From an uncultured Candidatus Saccharibacteria bacterium (GTDB taxonomy: Bacteria; Patescibacteriota; Saccharimonadia; Saccharimonadales; UBA4665): a stretch of 64,000 bases of DNA. A program made the position numbers and the translations under genes. The notes beneath the pieces are model-generated. The model did no database searches, had not been told where the DNA came from, and saw nothing but the letters and a program-made list of their open reading frames with translations. Numbering within the stretch: the stretch's first letter is position 1; each line of letters opens with the position of its first letter. Positions 56,007 to 64,000 of this stretch are shown one piece after another. The stretch spans positions 7,580-71,579 of the forward strand of contig CAWCON010000001.1 of the NCBI GenBank assembly GCA_963797185.1, written 5' to 3'.

Positions 56007-57485
56007 CTACTTGGAAGCTAAGACTTTCGCTCTACTATCCTTACTGAGAGTAACCGGTACTTCCGTTGGATAGATGCCCGTCATGCAGCTCATACACAAC
56101 GCTCCGATATGCTGTTCTGATTTGTCGTTTTGACTTTCAATACCTTCGATAACGCGTTCGAGGCTTAAAAATTCTAGGGAATCGGCTCCAATGTATTCAC
56201 GTATTTCTTCGATGCTTTTTTTGTGGGCAATCAGCTGTCCAACGTCATGTGTATCCATCCCAAAGTAGCAGGGCCAAGCATAGGGTGGTGAAGGAATGCG
56301 TACATGTACTTCCGCAGCTCCCATATCCCTGACCGACGACACTAACTGCTTCGTTGTAGTGCCTCGTACGATCGAATCGTCAACCAGCACAATACGTTTA
56401 CCGTCAATCATGCTGCGGTTTGGCTGGTGCTTCAGCCGGACTGACTGCACGCGAGTCATCTGATTTCCTTCAATAAAGGTGCGGTTAATATATGGGTTCT
56501 TAGTGATCGCCAATTCCTCAGGAATACCAGTTTGATGAGAATACCCACGCGCATACAGCGCACCTGAGTTTTGAACCCCGACTACCATATCAGCCTCTAC
56601 GGGATGATCAGCACCCAAGAGCCTTCCTAACTGTTCTCTGACTTTATAAACGTTTCTGCCAAGTAGTAAACTATTTGGGTGAGAAAAATAGATGTACTCA
56701 AACATACAAAAACTTTCTTGAGGCTCTGCCGATAGCTTTTCCGAGCGCAACCCATCTTGCTCAACTATAATAATTTCTCCCGGCTCAACATCTCGTATAA
56801 ACTCAGCCCCTACCACATCAAAAGCAATCGTTTCTGAAGCCAGCATGGTACCGCCATTTGGCAGCTTACCGATTGACAAAGGCCGATAGCCTCGGGGATC
56901 CCGCACGCCGATTAAGCGGTTAGGTTCGTTAATAACCAGATTAAATGCACCCTCCAGCGTCGGTAATAATACGTGTATTGCTTCAACAAGATCGCCTCGT
57001 TCCTGGTACATTTCATCAAGCAAATGAGTAAGAGATTCACTGTCACTTTCGCAGTCGCTGACATCGAATCCTAGCCTTTTGGCTGTTTCGCCGATACCTT
57101 CCATATGACCATTATGCCCGAGTGCAAATCTCCCGCTTGGTGCCGGAAAAGGTTGCGCGAGTCGAGCATTTTCCTTTGAAGATGTTTTACCTGAGGTACT
57201 ATAGCGATCATGACCGATAAGTGCCGGACCTGTTGCCTGATACATCAACACCCGTAAGTTTTCATCCTTTAAGGCCTCCGTCACAAGACCGCTATTCTTC
57301 TCTATGTGAAGATCGGCTCCATTAAATACAGCCATGCCCGCACCAGTTTGGCCGCGGTGCTGTAGAGCCTGCATCCCATCAAAAACCGTATGAACAGTAT
57401 CATTGAGTGCGTATATACCGATTAGTCCGCAAGCTTCGCCGGGTTTATCAGACTCAATAGATGATAGTTGTTCCAGGTCTGTTAT
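56007..57485 (-). CDS. purF: Amidophosphoribosyltransferase (Fe-S type with propeptide); non-canonical start inferred
   Basis: The track ORF begins at ATG 57374 (MQALQHRGQ). The in-frame upstream sequence encodes ...GEA-CGLIGIYALNDTVHTVFDG-, i.e. the catalytic N-terminal Cys. GGAGGG lies 6 nt before ATA 57485. Fe-S ligand motifs are WPCYFGMDT and CMSCMTGIYP. Confidence 0.85.
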   Translation of the reverse strand: MTDLEQLSSIESDKPGEACGLIGIYALNDTVHTVFDGMQALQHRGQTGAGMAVFNGADLHIEKNSGLVTEALKDENLRVLMYQATGPALIGHDRYSTSGKTSSKENARLAQPFPAPSGRFALGHNGHMEGIGETAKRLGFDVSDCESDSESLTHLLDEMYQERGDLVEAIHVLLPTLEGAFNLVINEPNRLIGVRDPRGYRPLSIGKLPNGGTMLASETIAFDVVGAEFIRDVEPGEIIIVEQDGLRSEKLSAEPQESFCMFEYIYFSHPNSLLLGRNVYKVREQLGRLLGADHPVEADMVVGVQNSGALYARGYSHQTGIPEELAITKNPYINRTFIEGNQMTRVQSVRLKHQPNRSMIDGKRIVLVDDSIVRGTTTKQLVSSVRDMGAAEVHVRIPSPPYAWPCYFGMDTHDVGQLIAHKKSIEEIREYIGADSLEFLSLERVIEGIESQNDKSEQHIGALCMSCMTGIYPTEVPVTLSKDSRAKVLASK

Positions 57486-57684
57486 GATTTTCCCTCCACT
57501 GACTCAAATGACCTTTTTGTCTAGGTCATGAATTTATTGTGTATATGCTATTGCATAATACATGGAGTGGTTTGTTGCGACAACCAATTTAGCTCGTACT
57601 TGTACCTGAGAAGGGTTTATCCAACAGCATACCGTCAGTGAAGATGTGTTCTCAACCAAGCTACTGCTTGGTCTCAATTCTCAA

Positions 57685-57855
57685 TTAAAATGAGAACGAT
57701 TTATTATGTTTGGTAAGCGCTCGTTGACGACGCTTGTTTTTCAGCTGATCGTAATGAAGCTTGCTCTCAGCCTTTCGTAGAAATTGCTGCCGCCTCATAA
57801 ATTTTCGCGATGTAATATCCTCAAACTGTTGAACAAAATATTCTTTTCCGAACAT
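57685..57855 (-). CDS. Small basic protein, sORF family member 1 (56 aa), below the track cutoff
   Basis: Own translation: MFGKEYFVQQFEDITSRKFMRRQQFLRKAESKLHYDQLKNKRRQRALTKHNKSFSF. AAGGAGA lies 7 nt upstream of the ATG. Confidence 0.5.
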   Translation of the reverse strand: MFGKEYFVQQFEDITSRKFMRRQQFLRKAESKLHYDQLKNKRRQRALTKHNKSFSF

Positions 57856-58043
57856 TGTATTCTCCTTTCTATTTAGAGCTTACTATTACAGCATAATCCG
57901 CCCTTCTGAAGACAAGCTTAAGAGTCGTGATGGAAGACAATCTTACCAGCGAATCTTCAGTTTGTAATACCGGCACTACTGGTTGGTGACTTGCTATTTT
58001 TAATTTTCATCTCGTAATTTGTGTTCTGCTAGCATAAACTTAT

Positions 58044-58733
58044 GTGAAGATGGATGTCCAGGTCGCCCACAAGTGGTCAGCTTTCCTTCAAGAACTCAGA
58101 GTCTTGATGTTTAAGAAAGGAGAAATGATTCTCTTTCAAGGAGAAGCTCCAAAATTTTCGTATGTCGTTAAGCGCGGCATTATTAAAACATACAATCTAA
58201 GCAGTCAGGGTGACGAACAGCTAATGCACCTCAATACCGCTTTTGATATTTTCCCGTTTGCATGGTTAATGGGGCAGGGGCCAAGCGCTCTTTATTACTA
58301 TGAGGCGTTAACTGATTGCGAACTCTACTGTATGCCGAGAGAACAATATTTGAATTTCATCAAGAACGATCCCGTGGTTTTATACCAAGAACTAGAGAAG
58401 TCTGCACGCCGCGATGTTAGCGAAACATTGCGGCTAAACGCACTGCTGCAGCCTAAAGCAAGCGCAAAACTTATTAATACCCTCTATTACCTCGCAAAAA
58501 CTCACGGCACCGTATTAAAAAATAAGCATGTCCGGCTTGACATCATCTTAACCCAACAGGACCTTGCAAATCTAACGGGTCTGACACGTGAGACGGTAGC
58601 AATCGAACTCAATAACCTGAAACGACAAGGTGTTATTAACTACCGTCCGCACAGTCCTTACGAACTTGATATTACAAAAACAAAGAAACGCTTAGCCGAT
58701 CAATTCCTAGCAGAAGCCAAACTTAGAGCTTAG
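58044..58733 (+). CDS. Crp/Fnr-family transcriptional regulator
   Basis: Track ORF of 229 aa with a cNMP-binding beta-barrel (FKKGEMILFQGEAPKFSYVVKRGIIKTY) and a C-terminal HTH (TQQDLANLTGLTRETVAIELNNLKRQGVI). GTG start. Confidence 0.88.
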   Translation: MKMDVQVAHKWSAFLQELRVLMFKKGEMILFQGEAPKFSYVVKRGIIKTYNLSSQGDEQLMHLNTAFDIFPFAWLMGQGPSALYYYEALTDCELYCMPREQYLNFIKNDPVVLYQELEKSARRDVSETLRLNALLQPKASAKLINTLYYLAKTHGTVLKNKHVRLDIILTQQDLANLTGLTRETVAIELNNLKRQGVINYRPHSPYELDITKTKKRLADQFLAEAKLRA

Positions 58734-59124
58734 ATTTTTTGCGAGCCGGTGGTTTTGCCGGCTTCAACACATCAGTGACAACTTTCACTAAACCTTGAGG
58801 GGCTGTCCATGCTTTTATGACGCATTTATCGGCTCCTAGCCGGAAGGCTTCATTAATCTCAGGAGAGTTCTCTAGGTTCGTAAAAACAAGGATTTTAGCC
58901 TTGGCGTTACTGTAAGCTTTGTTGTATTCACGCAAGAAATCGACACCGGATTTTATCGGCATAAGTAAATCGAGTAATATCAGGTCGGGTTTAAAACTCC
59001 GAAGTTCATCTAACGCTTGCTTGCCGTTATAGGCAGTTATGACTTTGTGGCCGTCAGCCTGTAAAATCAACCGATAAGCGTTATTTAAGTCCTGATCATC
59101 CTCAACAACTAAAATATCAGACAT
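58723..59124 (-). CDS. Stand-alone receiver-domain response regulator (CheY-like) with a Lys-rich tail
   Basis: Track ORF of 133 aa with ILVVEDDQD, DLILLDLLMP and KCVIKAW. Confidence 0.9.
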   Translation of the reverse strand: MSDILVVEDDQDLNNAYRLILQADGHKVITAYNGKQALDELRSFKPDLILLDLLMPIKSGVDFLREYNKAYSNAKAKILVFTNLENSPEINEAFRLGADKCVIKAWTAPQGLVKVVTDVLKPAKPPARKKSKL

Positions 59125-59288
59125 GTCACACTCAAATATACCACATGGGGATTATGGTTATCTGCGCCCTGTGTCGCAGTGGGAAATATTACACATATGT
59201 CTTATTCCATCCTGTAAAAAAGTTTCTTATTGTTTACGTCTTGCCAGAAAATAATTCAAATGCTTTTATAGCAGACCAAAATAGGCCG

Positions 59289-60467
59289 TTAGACTTCAAG
59301 AGTAAATTTTCCGGATTTTTTTTCTGTCCCTTCAAGGGGCAATGACACATAGAAGGTGGTGCCGTGATTCTTTCGACTATTAAACCAAATCTCACCGTCC
59401 ACGCTCTCGACAAGATTCTTGGTAAGGTAAAGACCAAGTCCGGTGCCACTTACGTCCTTCTCTAGAATATTTGATGATCGGAAAAATTTTGTAAAGATAT
59501 AAGGCTGATCCTTTTGGGGAATACCATAGCCCGTATCTTCAATCTTAAAGATGACATCATTAACCCGAGCGTACAGCGAAATGTGGACCGTCCCTCCTTT
59601 GCCCGTATATTTCAGTGCATTGGACAACAGGCTTGCAAATATTTCCCTCACGAGTAGCCGGTCAGACTTTATCCTCAGCGAATCCGAGGGAATATCAAAT
59701 TCAAGCTTAATATTATTTTGCTCAGCGATAAGTGCCGATTCATGAATAATTTCTTTGACAATTGCAGCGAGCGGTATAAGTCGCGACTCAACCTTAATAT
59801 TCCCAGCCTCGATACGAGTAATATTCAGCAGCGTACTAATGAGGTCGTTCATTCGACCAGCCGCATCAATGACAACATCAATAAATGACATCTGACTTTC
59901 ATTAATAGTCCCCGCATAACCTTCTTTGAGCATCTGAGAGTAAGTACTGACTGCGGTCAACGGTGTTCGTAGTTGATGAGAGGCTATGCCGATAAATTCA
60001 CTCATCAGTTTCTCGGCTCTGACTTCATCGGTAATATCCCTAAATACTTGTATGGCGCCGACCGGTCTTTTTCGGAGCAATACTGGCGAGACAACTAGAG
60101 CCACTGGAATAGTTTGACCAGATTTGGTTTTATAGTAAGACTTTGCACTCATCGTTTTACCTGTCATAAAAGCTTTCATGACAGGCCGAGTGGCCGGGTT
60201 CACTAGTGAACCGTCCTCATGAACGGCGATAATAACATCAGGGAACCATTTACCTAAGATATCATCACGATGATACCCAAGAATATTGAGTGTCGATTGA
60301 TTCACTCGAATAATAGTACCTTTAACATCTGTCACAATAATGCCTTGGCCAATGCTGGCAAAAAGAGCTTCGGCGTTGGCCTTCTCCTCAAGAGCCAAAG
60401 CCGCCTGAATTCGCAGTCGTTTTACTAATTCTTTGGTATCCACCTTCGGACTGACGTTAGTTGCCAT
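59289..60467 (-). CDS. Soluble PAS-domain sensor histidine kinase
   Basis: Track ORF of 392 aa with no TM helix. PAS region (GIIVTDVKGTIIRVNQSTLNILGY), H-box ASHQLRTPL, and HATPase_c (NALKYT, EDTGYGI, GTGLGLY). Confidence 0.92.
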   Translation of the reverse strand: MATNVSPKVDTKELVKRLRIQAALALEEKANAEALFASIGQGIIVTDVKGTIIRVNQSTLNILGYHRDDILGKWFPDVIIAVHEDGSLVNPATRPVMKAFMTGKTMSAKSYYKTKSGQTIPVALVVSPVLLRKRPVGAIQVFRDITDEVRAEKLMSEFIGIASHQLRTPLTAVSTYSQMLKEGYAGTINESQMSFIDVVIDAAGRMNDLISTLLNITRIEAGNIKVESRLIPLAAIVKEIIHESALIAEQNNIKLEFDIPSDSLRIKSDRLLVREIFASLLSNALKYTGKGGTVHISLYARVNDVIFKIEDTGYGIPQKDQPYIFTKFFRSSNILEKDVSGTGLGLYLTKNLVESVDGEIWFNSRKNHGTTFYVSLPLEGTEKKSGKFTLEV

Positions 60468-60724
60468 TAGCGTCGATGATCCCTCGTTAAGGATTCTAAG
60501 CTGTTGATGTAGCTCTTTATAAGGCGATGATCATTAGTGAGAAATGCCATTGCGATCTCGATCCAGTCTATCAACTCGGCAAGGTCTCCTTCCGCCAACT
60601 GCTCGGGGTTCTTTTTAAGATGACCGGTAATCTGCCGAGCAACAAATCGGTTGGCAGCCGGCCCTAAGTATTTATTACTAATCCCAAGCACTCGGACGTA
60701 TAATATTTTATCGTTCGCAACCAT
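60467..60724 (-). CDS. Hypothetical 85-aa protein, translationally coupled to the PAS kinase
   Basis: Track ORF. Its TAA stop overlaps the kinase ATG (TAATG), and it starts 5 nt after the upstream membrane-protein gene. Confidence 0.6.
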   Translation of the reverse strand: MVANDKILYVRVLGISNKYLGPAANRFVARQITGHLKKNPEQLAEGDLAELIDWIEIAMAFLTNDHRLIKSYINSLESLTRDHRR

Positions 60725-60729
60725 GACGT

Positions 60730-61656
60730 TTAAGCTTCTTCAATCTTTTGTAACCGTTTCGCCCCGATGGCAACGAGTATGTATCCAATTGATATAAGGA
60801 TCAACAATCCATACACTAGCAGCAACACGTTGTTTATCTTCAAGTGATTAATATGCCCAGTTAGTGTCGTTATGAACTGAAAAACTACCGATAGCATAAT
60901 GATGTAACCCAACCCAAGAGAAACCAAGTGCAACCCTTTACGATATAAGATACCTGGGACGCTCTTGTTGTAAAGATGAAGTTCGTAGGCCGCCAGTAAG
61001 CCGATAAACCACATAAAGATATAGGGGACAACAATCGTTATAAAGAGTAGCCAGTTCGGCAGATAATAGATCGGTGTTTTATGGCCAGTGGTAGCAAGTA
61101 TCCATGTATTACTGAATATCGCGTGACAGTAGCTTGCACCGATTGTGATTAAGATGATGGCGAAGAGGTAAATTGAGCGTTGTGACGGACGTTGCTTAAT
61201 CAGCTCTGTTAGTCCTCGAGCCCCATGACTTATATATAGGAGGCCGACCAAAGGAAGTAGCAGGCTTACATAATCTTCAATAATGGTCGCTGATGGGAGC
61301 AAATCCGGATGAAGACGAGCGGCGTAGTTGAGAAGGGTTGACACTAACGAGCTCACTGGCAGACTAAATGCCAACCAGCCAAGACCGGTAGTTAATTTGG
61401 CAACTTGTTTACCATCCTTATTTTTTTTAATTGGCGTGCTGTAGCGTTTTAGGTGAGTATATCCAAAGAAAGCCGCATACCATATTAGTACAAGAGGAAT
61501 AACGACCGACAGCTCAATCATCCGATATGACGTTGGTGTCAGATGATATTGTTGTAGAGTTGTTGGTTTAGGCGGCAATCCCATCGCTAAGCCTATGTAT
61601 AGGGCGGCAAAAAGAATAAGGAAGTAGTATGTAAACGTTTTGTGATGTTTTTCCAT
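60730..61656 (-). CDS. Polytopic membrane protein (about 8 TM helices), first gene of the kinase operon
   Basis: Track ORF of 308 aa, strongly hydrophobic, with no recognisable family. Confidence 0.7.
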   Translation of the reverse strand: MEKHHKTFTYYFLILFAALYIGLAMGLPPKPTTLQQYHLTPTSYRMIELSVVIPLVLIWYAAFFGYTHLKRYSTPIKKNKDGKQVAKLTTGLGWLAFSLPVSSLVSTLLNYAARLHPDLLPSATIIEDYVSLLLPLVGLLYISHGARGLTELIKQRPSQRSIYLFAIILITIGASYCHAIFSNTWILATTGHKTPIYYLPNWLLFITIVVPYIFMWFIGLLAAYELHLYNKSVPGILYRKGLHLVSLGLGYIIMLSVVFQFITTLTGHINHLKINNVLLLVYGLLILISIGYILVAIGAKRLQKIEEA

Positions 61657-61976
61657 GAACCGCTTACTCCAAAACCGTTAATGTATACACACAGTATAGC
61701 CCAACTTTACGGCATGTTAAGCCAGTGATTGACAGGCTGGTACACAGCGGTATTGTAGGCACAACTTTAGGCATTGTAAGTTATATAATTCACGGACCAT
61801 GAAGCGTTTCCGGCCAGACTCGCCTAAAGCCATTTATTATTGACACGCTGAAGTACAAAGTGATATATAACTACATAAGCACTACTGTAATTAAAAGCGA
61901 CAAATATTATGAAAAAAATTGTGACACCAAAAAAGATCTTAAACTCTTTTGCGCTGCATTTCTTCCAACTAGTACG

Positions 61977-62111
61977 TTAACTCCTGCTAGGATTCTGGTT
62001 AAGTCGTTTGATTCTTAGTTTATTCTCTTTGTGCCGCATAAATTTGTTACGCCTTTTAGACTTTTCCTGTGATATACCTGGGAATTGGTTTGTAAAAAAT
62101 TGTTCAGACAT
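61977..62111 (-). CDS. Small basic protein, sORF family member 2 (44 aa), below the track cutoff
   Basis: Own translation: MSEQFFTNQFPGISQEKSKRRNKFMRHKENKLRIKRLNQNPSRS. AAGGAGA lies 7 nt upstream of the ATG. It aligns without gaps to member 1. Confidence 0.45.
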   Translation of the reverse strand: MSEQFFTNQFPGISQEKSKRRNKFMRHKENKLRIKRLNQNPSRS

Positions 62112-62232
62112 GCGAATTTCTCCTTGCTATGCTAATGAATGCACTTATAATTCTTAAGCATAAGCACGGATCTGTCTGTAAATTTTTCAACGTTCATGCA
62201 CCGCAACTGCATCATACAAAGGAGTAAATAGG

Positions 62233-63150
62233 GTGATAAAAAAGATCGTCAGGTGGCTTAATAGATACCAACAATCACATTCTCCACTGAACGTTATATA
62301 TGCTGTCCTTAAAAAATCTGGCGACGATCAAGTTTCTTATCAGGCGGCTCTTATTACGTATTACGGTTTTCTTTCTTTATTTCCGTTGCTTATCGTGATG
62401 ACCTCAGTCCTGCAACTTACCTTAAAACGCGACGTCGGATTGCAGCATCGGGTAATCGCCGGTATCGCACACTACTTTCCGGCTATGAGTACCGAGTTAG
62501 AGGCTAACATCCACGGACTGCACCGAACGGGATTGGCGTTAGTGGCTGGTATCCTTATTACTTTGTATGGATCATTAGGCGTTGCCGGCGCCTGGATGAA
62601 TACCCTCAACCACATATGGCTCGTCCCGCGAAGACGGCGGCTATCCCAGCCCCGCAGCACGTTACAGGCACTTAAGCTCATGGTGGTAGGAGGCATTGGA
62701 TTGTTGTTGGCAGCTATTCTATCCAGTCTAGCGGCTAGTCTCGGTCATAGCCAACTATTCAGATTCGCTGCCATCCTGGTAAGCACAGTGGTGTTATTCG
62801 CAACCTTACTCTATGTTTTCAAAGCTGGAACCGTTTCAAAAATAGTATCGATAAAATCTGTTTGGAAAACCGCCATCACTTCCGCTATTGTCCTGCAAAT
62901 TATAGAATCATTGGGCGGTTACGTTATGACACATGAGCTAAAGAACTTTAGTCCGCTATATGGAGCATTCGCCGTTGCTCTTGGGCTTATATTTTGGATC
63001 TATCTACAGATACAAGCCGTTCTGTGGATCCTCGAAGTAGTTGTCGTTCGACAACTACGGCTATACCCAAGAAGCATAGACTCACGAGCCCAAACTCCAC
63101 AGGACCAAAAAGCATATGATCTTTACGCGCTACGCGACAGACTACCCTAG
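62233..63150 (+). CDS. YihY/BrkB-family membrane protein
   Basis: Track ORF of 305 aa with QAALITYYGFLSLFPLLIV and six TM helices. GTG start preceded by AAAGGAG. Confidence 0.85.
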   Translation: MIKKIVRWLNRYQQSHSPLNVIYAVLKKSGDDQVSYQAALITYYGFLSLFPLLIVMTSVLQLTLKRDVGLQHRVIAGIAHYFPAMSTELEANIHGLHRTGLALVAGILITLYGSLGVAGAWMNTLNHIWLVPRRRRLSQPRSTLQALKLMVVGGIGLLLAAILSSLAASLGHSQLFRFAAILVSTVVLFATLLYVFKAGTVSKIVSIKSVWKTAITSAIVLQIIESLGGYVMTHELKNFSPLYGAFAVALGLIFWIYLQIQAVLWILEVVVVRQLRLYPRSIDSRAQTPQDQKAYDLYALRDRLP

Positions 63151-63180
63151 ACAATACATTCTGGCAGGAATTCGACAACC

Positions 63181-63363
63181 TTAAGTGAGAATGCGTTCAT
63201 GTCGGACTCGTACAAGCTTACTGAGCAGACGCGGGTTGTGAATATCGTTATGTAAAGCTTGTTTTATTTCAAGCTTACGTTCCATGCGATCAATAAAAGC
63301 GTGTCGAGCAGAATCATCAACGTAATGGGTTCTAGTAATCTCTTCTATAATATCTTTAGACAT
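63181..63363 (-). CDS. Small protein, sORF family member 3 (60 aa)
   Basis: Track ORF with GGGAGG 6 nt upstream of the ATG. It shares the EEIT and F-I-D-R-M-E-R-K-L-E-I-K-Q motifs with members 1 and 2. Confidence 0.5.
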   Translation of the reverse strand: MSKDIIEEITRTHYVDDSARHAFIDRMERKLEIKQALHNDIHNPRLLSKLVRVRHERILT

Positions 63364-63426
63364 AGGTTCCTCCCTCTTATTTAGACTAACAATGATTATG
63401 GTTATGTTGTCAAAATACTTCTATAT

Positions 63427-63454
63427 AAAATCTCACAGCTTAGCTGCTGTGAGA
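63427..63454 (-). terminator. Rho-independent terminator downstream of the 63504 gene
   Basis: Minus strand reads UCUCACAGC-AGCUAA-GCUGUGAGA, a 9-bp stem, followed by UUUUAUAUAG. Confidence 0.6.
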
Positions 63455-63503
63455 GAGAAAGCTTTTCTTTCCTATTACGCCATTAGAGGAGCAATGACTA
63501 CAA

Positions 63504-64000
63504 CTAGTAACGGATTTTTCGGAAAAAATTATCGACGAGATCGTTTCTGAGTTCCTCAAGTGGCAGTCTATCTGCCAAGGCGGCTTTTATTTTTATCTCA
63601 TCTTCATCGGAATAGTATAAAGACAGCTCCGGCATAAAACGTTTTAGGGGCATAAGTACAATACTTGATAGCGCATTCCTGGTATCAATGGAGAATGACT
63701 TGAACATATCATAGCTATAAAATTTCTCTCCGACGTGCAAACCGGCATCGTCTAGGCTATAGCGCAAAACTCTTGGTTGGCGAATAGAGTATCCTCCAAG
63801 CAACAGTGCGGCGAAGACAATAACCACCATCGACACTTTGTCGCGCGTAATGAGAAACACGATAGCCGCCAAGGCTACCGTGCTGATTCCGAGCAATATG
63901 TACCAAACCGCTGATTTCTTGTGGGCTATAAACTCTGGCGCATTCCAACTAACAGAAACTACAGATTTTGCGGATAGTACATGACTGTCATCTGGGGTTA
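63504..64000 (-). CDS. Membrane protein with two TM helices and a PH-like C-terminal domain; N-terminus probably beyond the window end
   Basis: The track ORF starts at TTG 63896. The frame stays open upstream to position 64000 (…SVSWNAPEFIAHKKSAVWYILLG…), so the true start is likely outside the window. Confidence 0.6.
   Translation of the reverse strand, partial: TPDDSHVLSAKSVVSVSWNAPEFIAHKKSAVWYILLGISTVALAAIVFLITRDKVSMVVIVFAALLLGGYSIRQPRVLRYSLDDAGLHVGEKFYSYDMFKSFSIDTRNALSSIVLMPLKRFMPELSLYYSDEDEIKIKAALADRLPLEELRNDLVDNFFRKIRY

Noticed and set aside
57900-57962. CUGAAGA ... UCUUCAG inverted repeat and a GAAGACAA direct repeat upstream of sORF member 1, considered as a second ribozyme or operator.
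   Set aside because: No hammerhead stem II plus GAA arrangement can be drawn on either strand. It may be a simple hairpin or binding site, but the evidence is too thin to call.
1-64000. CRISPR arrays, rRNA genes, transposases, integrases, or an alternative genetic code (UGA recoding).
   Set aside because: I saw no regularly spaced short direct repeats, no rRNA-like sequence, and no transposase or integrase motifs in any ORF. Long housekeeping ORFs terminate normally under the standard code.

Overview
This is a gene-dense bacterial window, mostly coded on the minus strand. It reads cleanly with the standard bacterial code, with long ORFs and no sign of UGA recoding. I ran no searches; every call comes from reading the sequence and the ORF track by eye.

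Gene content and style suggest a reduced-genome Patescibacteria/CPR organism, possibly Saccharibacteria-like. This is inference only. The evidence is RNase J, a DHH-truB-rpsO-pnp block, dnaG-rpoD, polA, groES/groEL behind a CIRCE operator, and an archaeal-type PGI/PMI. There are also 4-nt stop-stop gene overlaps and many membrane-anchored orphan proteins with Pro/Thr-rich linkers.

- **1-40 kb:** housekeeping genes.
- **39.7-40.0 kb:** two tRNAs, Ser-CGA and Arg-GCG.
- **40.0-50.5 kb:** an accessory block of about 10.5 kb. It holds a methyltransferase, a 958-aa protein with clan GH-A-like NEP/TE catalytic motifs, and a 630-aa phage-tail-fibre-like protein with a recoded 96-aa tandem duplication. 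It also holds orphan genes and two DUF3472-like surface paralogs, one of them frameshifted. A degenerate direct repeat of the tRNA-Arg 3' end closes the block.
- **50.6-64 kb:** divergent purH, a YfhO-like membrane protein, purF, a Crp/Fnr regulator, and an operon of membrane protein, 85-aa protein, PAS kinase and receiver. It also carries a YihY protein and three paralogous short ORFs, two of which fall below the track cutoff.

The most notable finding is a complete type III hammerhead ribozyme motif at 50407-50463 on the minus strand. It lies between purH and a surface-protein gene, next to the tRNA-like repeat. Other points worth a second look are purF needing a non-canonical start to keep its catalytic Cys, and the fibre plus glycosidase pair, which has no other phage genes nearby.
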